A stretch of 63,475 bases of DNA, the filler included, from Sphacelaria rigidula (lineage: Eukaryota), in NCBI GenBank assembly GCA_964200075.2. It is 9 parts of 9 records of this genome, joined end to end, with 100 filler letters (N's around TTAATTAATTAA, not from the genome) between each part and the next. Parts side by side here need not be neighbours in the genome. Positions count along the whole stretch, not along the records: positions 49,450 to 56,412 come from CAXNAA020017173.1; positions 56,513 to 63,475 come from CAXNAA020017174.1; 7 more parts are not named here. One strand, given 5' to 3'. Below, piece by piece: positions 52,241 through 63,475 of this stretch (positions are counted from its first letter, which is position 1; every line of letters starts with the position of its first letter). The notes under the pieces are model-generated. The model made no database searches. It was not told the DNA's origin and saw nothing but the letters and a program-made list of their open reading frames with translations. Position numbers and translations under genes: made by a program.

Positions 52241-52820
52241 GCCAAGATATTTAACGCATGTTTGTCGGACCGTTGTGAGTTCTGGCACACAAGCGTTCGC
52301 GTCCTGTCTGCATCGTCGGATCTTCCGGGTCTACGGGCCAACCAGCAAGGCGCTACATTTTCTCGGTGGTTGGGTTTCGGCCTATTTTGCGCGGTATAAT
52401 TCACAGAAAAAAATGGGTATGGTTGTGGCTCTTCGACGTATCTCCTGCGGAGCCGGTGATAAAATCACCACTCCACAAAAAAACGGCAGAGAGGGGTATG
52501 CACCTGAACATTGAAGGGTCGGTCCACACGTGAACAAAAAATGGGAAAGATAATATTTTAGCAGAGAGCAGGATGTACCCTCCTGGTTGGTTGTATACAA
52601 AAACGATATTCTGGTAGGCTTTCCTTTTCCGTGCCGTAGTTAAGCCTATGAGTACCATGTGTGAAATAGAAAAAATGGTCGGTCATGCTGCCCAGACACC
52701 TTGGGCGTGGGGCTGAGACGCTGAAATGTGTTTTGGAGGTGTTCAACCCGCGTGCAGCGCCGCGCCCCAAACCGAAAAATGAGTTACCCTTTTTTGTTCC
52801 ACAAGCACCAGGATGTACGC
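51168..52820. repeat. Large foldback with three related arms around a (GT)n tract
   Basis: 51168-51725 (+) and 51790-52175 (+) are reverse-complementary to 52255-52820. (GT)n at 52198-52239. Confidence 0.85.
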
Positions 52821-54949
52821 TTTTTGTATATTATTGCCCTACTTATTCACTACAAATTATTCCCATGTACGGGTCCTGTACCTCTCTCAAGCGCGATTAT
52901 GTCCGAGCGTTCAAGATCGGCACCCCACAAACACTGAGGACCCGTTTAGAATCAGGCGAAGAGCTGAAACATGGGACATGTCCTGTTTCACTGTAGTACA
53001 GCACAAACACACTCGCGCCCGCTATCATGTGATGTAGCCATCATTGTTCTGTGGTGTGTTTGGACCTTGCGAAGACGGTTTGGTCTCCGCTGAGATTGCC
53101 TGACCTGCTGTGCTGTTGTGTTCGTCTCTCTGTAAAATATAGTATCAGCCGGGATGCAGTGCTGTCTACTATAAACAATGTTTTCATGATATTGAGAGTA
53201 GAGGATACGATCGAGAGTGAAAAGCAGTCAATTAGTGAATGATTCGTTTCAGTTCCGAAATGCCCCTCAACGAGGCCCAATATGCTTCATGTAGTAGCTC
53301 GCCACTGAGGCCCTTGAAACCCCTGAGTAGGATATCGACGTGTAGCTGTAAGCACACGCTTGTGATGGAGGCAAAGAAAAGCACGCACGGAATGAAAAAA
53401 TGGCTAAGTGAAAGCGAATGATCAAAGACACTCTCAATCAGCGCTCTACGATCAATCTCACGAAAACGTTGTTTATACACACTTGACTCTCTGTTGAAAA
53501 CTTCACGTTACCCAGACCTATCATTTGCGCGATACCGAGCATAGCTGGGTGAAGGCACACAACCAGCGCCGGTATACACTGCTCTACCGGCTGGGCCAGA
53601 CCCGCGCTCCGATGAAAGGAGCAACCCACGGCGAAGTGCGGACATACTGCACTGCCAGGGTAATACCTGCACCCATCATGGCGGCCGCTGCCGCTGGCAT
53701 CGGCGACAGCGCTCGCGGCCACGGAAAGACACAACCAGCTATACTTAAATGGAGATATACCGATACACGAACATCGCAATGACGCGCTGGGGCGGCAGAG
53801 TACCACTGGCTGTCTGCTTGTCTGCTTGCGGCTTCGTTTCTCTGCTGCTGTTCTATCCGTCCCGGCGCTACTGGTCATTCCTGTACTGACTGTAGTGTGA
53901 GCTGGGCCAGTCAACAACGGGTGGTTTTCTCACTCAGGCGACGCACGGCGCGATATTAGGAGTTGGACGCTGAAAAATTGACAAGAGGCTTCTTGTGATC
54001 GACATGCAGAACATCACGTGAGCAGCAAAGAAGAAAAGAAAAAAAAGCAGGAAGTTATGGGGATTTGAAATCTCAGCAAAAATAAGATAATATCACCAGT
54101 CTGGCAAACAAATGAGAATCTGCAGCTGCTCACGGGACGTATCATTTCCTAGGGTGCAGAAGGTCTTCGTGAAATTTCAGCTCAAGAGTCGTCGAATTGG
54201 GCCGTGCGTGCAGCGTTTTGCGTGACGCTGCTGCACCCCACTAATACCCAGTGCGGGGTGATCACTACATAATATACTGCGAAGGTCGCACTTCATTGGC
54301 GCTAGATTCCGCCGATTCCTCACTGAAGGGCCTCTGATTGGTCGCATTTCACATTTCACTACCAAAGTCTACCCCCATGTATGGGTGTTGTACCACAGAA
54401 TCATCTTCATGTACGGATGGGGCGGGTGGGTCCTGTTCCGTTTTCTCGACAACTACGACGCTGCCGAAAGAGGAACACTGCAAACATTTTGTTGCACCAA
54501 GTCGAAGTTCACGGGCTGGTGGGCATAATGCCCCAATGTGTTGCAGTAGATACAGTACAATGCGCTTCTACAAAATACTTCTACTCATCTAGGATCAAAA
54601 TGTTCATGTTAGGTGATTGAAGTTCAACAGGCCTTTACAGAAGGGTCAAAGCGACCTTGAATTGATGCACCCACATTGATGTGGTTGAACTTGTAGAAGG
54701 ACACCACAGACGGCGAAGCAGCAAGTGTGTACTAGCAGTAGAAGCATGGCTGTTACCAAAAACTCCGATTTTCCCCAGAAGAGTCCGGTTACGTAGAGCC
54801 ATGGCGTCTTCTCTCTCGCTCGCTCGCTCTCCCCCTCTCTCCTTCTCTACAGTCTATGCTCGGTGCTTCGTTCATGGGCACAAAATTGCACCGCATCTCA
54901 AGCTTTGTTTCGGTTCACGGCCCCTGTCTTGTGACGACGGTTTCAAAAG

Positions 54950-55553
54950 ATGCTCCCCGTAGGAGGCGAAAACACCCAGTGTCGCCAGTATCCACCAGTA
55001 TAAGGGGGCGAAATATCCAGTATAGTTAGTATCACCAGTGTCCGCCAGTATCAGGCTGCGAATTACCCAGTTACCCAGTTACCCAGTTACCCAGTTACCA
55101 GTATCCGCCACAGTATGATGCGAAGTACTCAATATCGTCAGTATTCGCCAGTATTAGGCGGCGAAATACCCAGTATATCGCCGGTATCCGCCAGTGTAAG
55201 AAGGCGAAATGCCAAGTATCGTCAATATCCGCCAGTATCGGGAGGCGAAATGCCCCCTGTCGCCAGTATCCGCGCCAGTATGAGGCGGTGAAATACCCCG
55301 TGAATGAAATTAAGAGATGTGGTAGCTTCATATTTTCCAGTATCATGCATCGGCGAGGGACGCTCTGCCGCACAAACGCTCACACGGAGAAGACCCCTAC
55401 TGGTCGCGACCCGCACAACATCTCTCTCAGCTCTACGAATATCACCGGTATCCACCAGAATGATATTCGGAACTCCGGGGGGCGTACGGATACGAGCCAG
55501 TACGGTAATTCATACGGGTCATACATACTGGTACGGGTCATACGGGGAGCATC
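54950..55553. mobile_element. TIR-bounded element containing a gccagtatc/ggcgaaat minisatellite
   Basis: gatgctccccgta (54950) / tacggggagcatc (55541-53). (TTACCCAG)4 at 55063-55094. Direct repeats gttcatgggyacaaaattgcaccgcatctcaag at about 54870 and 55580. Confidence 0.6.
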
Positions 55554-56652
55554 TCTGCTCGAAGTTGATGCGCCTTTGGTTCATGGGTACAAAATTGCAC
55601 CGCATCTCAAGTATGTTCCGGTTCACGGTCCCACTTTCGTGACGATACCCCATGAATCGTAAATGAGGGTTTGTTTTTTGTGGCACTTTTGGATCCCCAC
55701 CCTTCATCGGAACGAGTAATGAACGACCGTATGTAATGAACCAAGAACGGCTTCAATTTCATCGCATTTAGTCAATCCCTTGGCTTCCCGGCTTCACGCA
55801 TGGTGGGTGACTTCGTAAACAAGTAAAAACAATGTAAGAGAAGAGACAGCGACTACTTGGCTAGACAGCTCGTCCGACCACACGTCGCACAGATGTTCAG
55901 GACGGCTGCGCCGGGCGGGACTGCGCTCCATCCGCCTTGCGCGAGGCGCGGTTGAAGGGTAGTGCAGAGTGTGCAAGTGGGGTGCGAGGTCCTCGTCCAA
56001 GGTTTCACCATATGAAAAGTGGTCGTTATTAAGTGAAAATGGCACGCATCCAATTGACGGACATCACCGGTTAGTCAGATGGCGAACCAAACAGGCATAG
56101 ACCCCAAAGCGAAGCGCTTTGCCGTTCACTACATGCCTGGATCATCCCCACGAAAGGTTGAAGCAACAGTCAGTCTATTCGCCGCTCACGTGGGAAGATC
56201 CCTCTCCCCTTCATAGTCCACGTCAAAAACTCTGGGGACTAGGGCGGAAAGGCGAAGCATCCTCAAAATTTCACAGTCATTCCAGAGAAGCGAAAGTATA
56301 TATATTTTGTTTCATCTCTATGCGGGGGGGGGGGGGGGGGTTGTATATTCAAACTATTTTTTTCAGAGGGGGGGGGGGGGAGAGGGGGGGGGGGGGGGAG
56401 AGGGGGGAGGTTNNNNNNNNNNNNNNNNNNNNNNNNNNNNNNNNNNNNNNNNNNNNTTAATTAATTAANNNNNNNNNNNNNNNNNNNNNNNNNNNNNNNN
56501 NNNNNNNNNNNNGGGGGGGAGGGTACTCATTTGTTCCTTGCCTTGGTCGTTTCACCATTGACCACGCATCCTTTTTCAGACAGAGCGGGGGGGGGAGGGG
56601 GAGGGGGGCTCATGCGCGTTACCACGCCATGCTCGGCTTACTTCCTTGTCAC

Positions 56653-59600
56653 CTGCTGCACGACTTCCTTGTCCTGTACGTCCTTGCGCATGACCTTAGC
56701 CACGACGGGGATGGACCCGTAGAAGGCCGTGTAGATGGTGCAGCGGCTGCCGTTCACCATGAACTCAACGTCCCTCAGCTCATCCCATCGAACCTGTTAC
56801 CGAAACGAAACGACAGCAGTAGCAACCGCAGTAATGGATAAAGAACGTAATAAATGAGCGCTTCCATTTCGGGGAAGCATCAGTAGTGATGGTAGTGGAA
56901 AGGCGAACCAAAGTCTGTGACCACGGGTTCGAGAGATTGGGCTCATGTGCGGAGTTAATGACTGTTGATATTATTATTGAAATTGATATCAATTATTAAT
57001 ATTAAAATTGGTAGTAGTAAAATAAAATGAAAATAATTGAAAGTACTAATATAACAGAAGCACGTCGAGCATATATGAACATAAATTACTTGCTCATCTA
57101 CTCGTTGTCCCCGACAAGGTAACATCATTACTACCGGATCCTTCTCCGTGGTTGCATTCTCGCACACGCTAGCTTGCGTTGTTTCACAAAGTGGTCGGCT
57201 AGCGAATTGCATGGATACAGGACAAGATCGTATTGTACTACTCTGTACGCTACATAACGAATTCTGCAGGCTGACACTGCCTTCGTGTATTTTCGTGGGC
57301 AGATCAGCTCACGCAAGCGCGGTTGACGGAGTTCAACCGAACTGGCTCTCTCTCGTGTCTCACGTTATCATTGAACGGCACCTCCTCTTCAAGTGGTCGT
57401 TGCACCGAGCTCATTTCCGTGTTCACCGACGCTGGTGCCTGTTGGGCAACCATAGCGAGAAGAAAAGAAAAAACGGAGACAGAATAAATAAGAAATAAGA
57501 GAAAGGAACAAGCCAGCCATACAACATTCACATGAATAGCAAACAAGAGACATCCTGGCCAGCAAAATAGCAGGATACAGAACGCATCGCCTATACGTGA
57601 ATATCGCTGCCGAATTATCGCTTCGAAGTATATTGCATATGCTCGCCGAGTCCATCGAGGGAGATTTTGACGTAGTTCGCCCGCCGATTTTTAACGGCAG
57701 TACTACATCTCCACAAGTCCTCCTTTGTGTGATTGGGTCAACCACACACCCCATCACGAAACATCTGACGATGAAGAAAGGGGGAAATAAAAGTCGTTGA
57801 GTGACATCAGTTCAAAGGAGCTACAACAAGCGAGTGCAAAATAGAGGAAGTCACGAACACTCCTCTTGAGTAGAATGTGCTTTATGCCGTTGTCATCAAT
57901 CCACGCCTATACGTAGCTTTCTTGCCCATAAGCATAGACATACCGATTTTCCCGCAATCCGAAAAAACGTGAAAGCCCCAGTTATCTCTTGTCCTACAAC
58001 ACATCCGCACACGTGCAGCAAGACACCGTCCCTCCGAATGTTTCCGAGAACGTTCCTGCGAAATGCACGTTCCGTCAGCAAACTTCATGTTCGGAAATTT
58101 TTGTTCGGGCCACTTGCTTCTGCATCAATATCGCGTCGTACTCCACCAGGCAAGCGAAGTCGAAAGGGTACTTACTACTCCTGAGTCCAAGGGTCCGTGA
58201 TACGTGGGCACGTCTTGGCTACAGTATGCAAAAGGTCAGGGCGGGCCATGCTTCTCTCAATCTCGATTGACATGGTGAACGACATTAACTCTGCGTAGCA
58301 CCCGCCACTCCATACGAACACATTCAATCACCTGGAAGCTCAGATACCCTCCCCCCTCCCCTGCCCCAGCCCTTGGCTTCTACTCCTCACGCTCAAGGGG
58401 CCTTCAGCCCGATATCACCAGCTGACCTTCCAACGACATCAACCCTCCAACGATTGTGTCTTCCATTGCCCCCAACCTCTGACTCATGTATAACACTGTC
58501 AGAGCAAACACGTTAGTTGTCATGCACGTTCTCCAGCGGTCAATCTCGGTTCGATTTTTCGGTAACTCGGGTCGATATCCGGGATCTCGGGTTGACTTCC
58601 GGCATATCGGATCGATTTCGGGCGTCTCACGCCCGAGCCGGTAAGACAAACCTTGTGTATTAGCATAAGTGCACAGTTTTCATGGGTTTAGTTGCATACG
58701 CAGCAGGGGTCCAGAGCTTAATACAGTATCCCCGCACCGCCGCCCCCGTCCTCTCTCCTGTTCCAACTCACCATTGACGTGTCGGACACGCTCGTATCCT
58801 CCACCTCGACCGCCGGGAAAGCAGAAGACATGGCCAAGCCCGCAGCTTTGGACAGCTGCGTCAGCACGCTTACCGCCGCGTCTTGCCTCTACCGACACCG
58901 ACGGACATGGACAAAAAAAAGTTGTTGACGGGTTCCATCGTGACTCATGATTCCAATATGGTTGCACAGCCTGGAGAACGGATGGCGTTGTTAAAAAGTG
59001 TACTGCGTACTGTAGTAGCGATCTTTGTGCCTACTGAAATAGACGATAGATTTCATACTGTACGCAGGATGTTTTTTGGAAAGGTAATCTGTTGTCCAGG
59101 GTGTGGTACGATGAAAAAATACATCCACAAGGAAGACGAGACGGCAGCGAGAAAAATCACTCAAAATTCAGCTGTGCAAGGTCTCAACGGTACGGTAGTC
59201 AGCATCACATGTCTTCAGGGTTTGTTTCAGGATTTTTCTCGCGTACTACTCTTCGACAAAACTCGAAAGTGCTAGCGTCGGTAGATTTAGGTTGAAAAAA
59301 AAACAGATCGTCCGCAAAACACAGCGCCCAAGTTTCAGTGTTACTTGGTGTTATCGGGCGATACGAGTGGATATCCCGTTTATCAGGAGGGTGTTTTCGA
59401 CGGTGAAACGCAGTTTCTCGGCTCTAGTGCAATGGGCAGGGAGAATTAAACGAAAAAAATCGTTCGACTGTTTGACTGTTTTCTACAATTCTTGGACAAA
59501 AATTCTCGTTTGGCCAAAATAAAAACTGCGGCCACGAGAAAACGGGAAGATGTCCTGGAACCGCCTCAACAAGTAGAGCAAGTCATTCCAAGGTGTCAAA

Positions 59601-62600
59601 CTCCGCCTAGCTCTCTTCTGGGGCGTAAAACGACGTAAAAGCTTCACAAAGGCACTTCTCCGGATTTTTTTTTTTTTGCCCTTTGTAAGGAGCGGCCTTA
59701 TAGCAAACAAGAAAAAAAACTGTAAATACGCTTTTTTGGTTCTTCTTGGTCGTTCTACGCCCTAAAAGAGAGCTAGTCGGAGTTTGACACCTTGGAATGA
59801 CTGGCTGTACTCGTTTGAGCGGTTCCAGGACATCTTCGCGCTTTCCGGTGGCCGCAGTTTTTACTTCGGCCAGACTTGAATTCTTGTCCAGAGACGGTCA
59901 AGTTCAGAGAAAAATGACAGTTTTTCTTAGATTTGACCGTTCCTGACGATTCACAGACAAAAATTCAAGTTTGGCCACAGTAAAAACTGCGGCCACCGGA
60001 AAACTCGAAGATGTTCATACCCTGGACAACAGAAAACCGTCAAAGAGCGTACTGCATACGGTATCGACTATTGCGACTATTGCAACAGACAATGGATTCC
60101 ATACTGCACACAGTACATTTTTTTACAATATGATCTCTTGTCCAGGGTGTGGGAGATGTCCTGGAACCGTGTCAACGAGTACAGCACGTGATTCCAAGGT
60201 GTCAGACTACGCCTAGCTCTCTTTGAGTGCGTAAAACGACGAAGGACCAAAAAGCATGTTTGCATTTTTTCCCCCTTGTTTACTACTGTATAAGGAGCGG
60301 CCCTAGCCTGGTTTTCCCTGTTTTGTCATGAGAAGGCCGCTGCTCCATAAAAGAAGGAGCGCGAAAATTTTAGATAAATTTAGACAAATACGCATTGCTT
60401 CGAAGACAAAGATAGTACGTCATCACTTGGGTTGTATCGGAGCGGTATTGTAGACATCGCCAAGGCCGCGCTCCCTATACCAGACAAAAATAAAGATCTG
60501 GATATGTGTTTTTTTTTTAGTTTCTACGTCGCTTCACGCCCTCACATGGAGCTAGGAGAAGTTTTGACACCTTGGAATGACTTACTTGGCTAGTTGAGGC
60601 GGTTCCAGGATATTCTCCCGTTTTCCGGTGGCCGCAGTTTTTACTTCGACCAAACTGGAATTTTCGTCCGGAGACGGTCAAGTTCAGAGAACAATGACAG
60701 TTTTTCCTAGATTTGACCGTTCCTGACCATTCACAGATAAAAATTCAAGTTTGGCCAACATAAAAACTGCGGCCACCAGAGAACGGGAAGATGTCCTGGA
60801 ACCGCTAAAACTAGTAGAGCGAGTCATTCCAAGGTGTCAAACTCCGTCCAACTCTCGTTGAGGGCGTAAAATGACGTAAAAGCTCCAAAAAGGCACATAT
60901 GCAGTTTTTTTTCAAGTCTGTTATAAGAAGCGGCCTAAGGGTGAACTTGTATATACATACATTTTCGCGAGCGAGACACACGAGATGCGCGTATCAATCG
61001 CGCAGAAGAGACAAGGAGCACTTTCTCACATGAAACTCATTGTCGGCGAAGAAGACGAAACAGAGGTCTCGGTGGAATGCATCAAGGCTGACCGGGAGCG
61101 CTACGGCCGTGTTGAGGGATAGGTCCACATGCAGAGGCGTGTCCGGGTTGGTCGACGTGTACCACAGCACATCCTCCTCCTTCCGTGCCTTATCCACAAG
61201 CTGCGACCCCACCCGCCCGCCGATGGACATCACGAGCACACAACAACAGCAACAGCAACAGCAACAGTAATCAGACGGAAGAACATGTATTCACACAACA
61301 TATATGTATCGGATTAAAACTAAAATGGGCCGCAGCACTGTTTTGCAAGTCATCGTACGAGTATCGTCATCATCCAATCGTCCGAACGTTCACGTCTTGA
61401 ATATATTCGCCTGTGTGGTAATTTTCCACCGCCAGCTTGTAGTGTATAAATTCGTGTACAGTACTAATAATGTGAATGCTGACGAGTCAACCTTATCAAT
61501 GTGTTGATAGCACAGTCCATCGTACTCAGTCAAGGAGGTATCGTTACCCTCATGATGCAGAGGTCTCTACATCATCCCACAATACAGCACAATACAGCAC
61601 AGCACAGCATAATATTTACATTTCCTCCATACAACTTTCGGCAAAGCATGTGCACCGTCAAATATGCGGTGTCCGCAGTGCATAAAAAAACGCGGTGCAG
61701 TATACCAAGTATATACTGTACAAGCTGCAGCCCGACCAGCCAACCCCCGGGCGTGCACACAGAGAAGATACATAGCAGGATCGACAGACACCAAATAACT
61801 TCCACGGGTGTCAAGCACGGCTCTGTCCACCAGGTATTCATGAAGACTCATTTGTCCCCAGAATTCGACATCTTGGGGACCCTGAAATACTGGTACAGTC
61901 GACCCCGCTTCAAGGACGCACATGGTTTTTCGGGAAAAAAAGCGTCCTTAAAGCGGGGTTTCGTCCTTAAATTTCAGGAGACAATAGCTTACCATCCCAC
62001 CAGAGGTGAAAAAAGGGGGCCCGCAGAGCACAAAATGGCACATACCCTACTAGTCGTACCTTCTGTCGAGCCCCCTGGTTTGAGAAAAAGAGTCGTCATT
62101 GAAGCGGGGTCGATTGTACTACTGTACATACTCCGGAAACGCGGGGTAGTACCCTACGCCATCCATCTTGAACATTGATGTAGTTTTAGGGAAACGTTCA
62201 CTGAACGGATCAAACACTAGTGAAAAACATGTCCCAGTATTGATTCGCACAAGCTCCGCAGAATGGGTACGCTGGTGCGAGGTGTGCGAGGTGTGTACGG
62301 ATTGTGCTATCCACGAGCTGTGCGGTCCTAAACCCCCCCGCGCACGAACCCGCAACAAAAACTCCAACAATTTGGTGCCATCTGCTGCAGACATTTTTCG
62401 AGTCTACTGTGTAGAGAAAGGTAGCACGGCAGGGGGATGCTCTGAACAGACCAGTCATGGATCATGACACACACACTGCAACCTGACGGCACTGGAGGAA
62501 AGAAGCATCGTTTTGCTCAACAGAAAGGTGGGGGGGATTACTTCTATACTGAGTGATGACCCAGCGGTTTTCTGGTCGGGTCCCTCACGCCTCACCCGTC

Positions 62601-62936
62601 AAACCTTTAGTCGAATTAAAACACACCGGGGGCTCTCCCAACGCGGACCTTTTGTGCTACTGCTCCAGTCAAGGACGACCTTAAAATATACCATTCGCAA
62701 CCGCGAGTGACCATGCAAACGCGATCCAGGTCTACCTAGAGTATCACAAAACACCAACCAACCCAACGCACCATGGGCGAGAGCGAGTGACGAGCACCAT
62801 TCCCATCTCCCGACCAAACGCCCTGCAGCTTCCCGCCGAAGGTCTCAATCGTGGCTGGCGTGGTGTACACATGCAGAAGCAGGGGCTCTACGGCCTTGCC
62901 CTCAACCGCGCTGTAGTCACCGGTGTAGGTCCACAC
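56653..62936 (-). CDS. GAF-like domain + protein kinase (TKL-like) gene, internal exons 62936-62772, 61200-61030, 58888-58772, 57438-57313, 56793-56653
   Basis: Five AG/GT-bounded exons (165, 171, 117, 126, 141 nt), all phase 0. They give VWTY...HSLSPMLVDKARKEEDVLW...NTAVALPV...LCFVFF...VSVLTQLSKAAGLAM (GAF-like), a linker, then VRWDELRDVEFMVNGSRCTIYTAFYGSIPVVAKVM (kinase subdomains I-II). Confidence 0.8.
59480..60935. mobile_element. Cluster of Harbinger-like foldback MITE copies in the kinase-gene intron
   Basis: agcggcc termini at 59697, 60302 and 60935. Complete copy 60464-60935. Core shared with 1646-2107. Confidence 0.75.
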
Positions 62937-63303
62937 CTGATGTTCAACAACATATCACGTTGGTATTAATAATAAGCACCCCGCGGTCTAACGCCGAAGC
63001 TCGTGCGAGTAGGGCGGCGCGTGAACTGCGTCAAGTTGACAGGGCGGTTCAGGTGACTCCAACTCCCACGCTGCCTTGAGCAAAGCTTTCCGGACGCTCG
63101 GGGCGCCTACCCCACATGACCGCCGCGAGAAGGTATAGCCGAGCCTTCCCGTAGTCGGCGCATCAACCCCTTCACGGGATAAGTGTTGGGTGAGGTTCCT
63201 CCTTCCTTCGAGGAAAACAAAAAAATTGCGTCCCAGTGGTGTGAGGCCGCTTCTTACAGACTGAAAAAAATCTCTCCGAGAGCTGCCCTTTTGAACCCTT
63301 CGA

Positions 63304-63475
63304 TTGATTGATTGATTGATTGTCGCACTTCAACTGACCCCCTAGGGGTCCAGCTGTGGTCTCATGATAGACGTTCCTTCATTCATCACGGATTATTGGC
63401 GGAATACGGGCCTTGGCGGATTTGGCTTCCTCGGAAAGATTTGCTATATTTTTCACGAGGATTACAGCGCGCTCG
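63304..63475 (-). mobile_element. 3' end of a LINE/SINE with a (CAAT)n tail
   Basis: (TTGA)n followed by tgtcgcacttcaactgaccccctaggggtccagc. A related end with (CAAT)n lies at about 34400-34481 on the + strand. Confidence 0.6.

Noticed and set aside
12569-55960. Isolated AG/GT-bounded candidate exons (about 12569, 21867, 22131, 24851, 48517, 50214, 53516, 55850)
   Set aside because: No consistent splice chain or recognisable domain without RNA data.

Overview
Eukaryotic, intron-rich and repeat-dense DNA. The style of the repeats and genes suggests a brown alga or other stramenopile (inference). The window is not one locus. It is nine unrelated scaffolds of 6965, 6965, 6964 (x4) and 6963 (x3) bp, joined by artificial 100-bp N/TTAATTAATTAA linkers, so adjacency across linkers has no biological meaning. 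Genes: spliced fragments of a GAF-like + TKL-type kinase gene (five phase-0 exons, minus strand), the last exon of a family-X DNA polymerase, the last exon of a DUF1995-like gene, and two unidentified multi-exon genes. Mobile elements: three decayed Ty1/Copia elements, three Ty3/Gypsy-like fragments (two with chromo/PWWP/Tudor-like tails), LINE fragments, and many MITE or foldback elements. The most striking signal is a family of about 11 copies of a structured retroposon that ends in poly(C) instead of poly(A). Two copies have target-site duplications at C/G homopolymer runs, which suggests a C/G-run-targeting SINE/LINE system. All calls come from manual reading; no searches were run.
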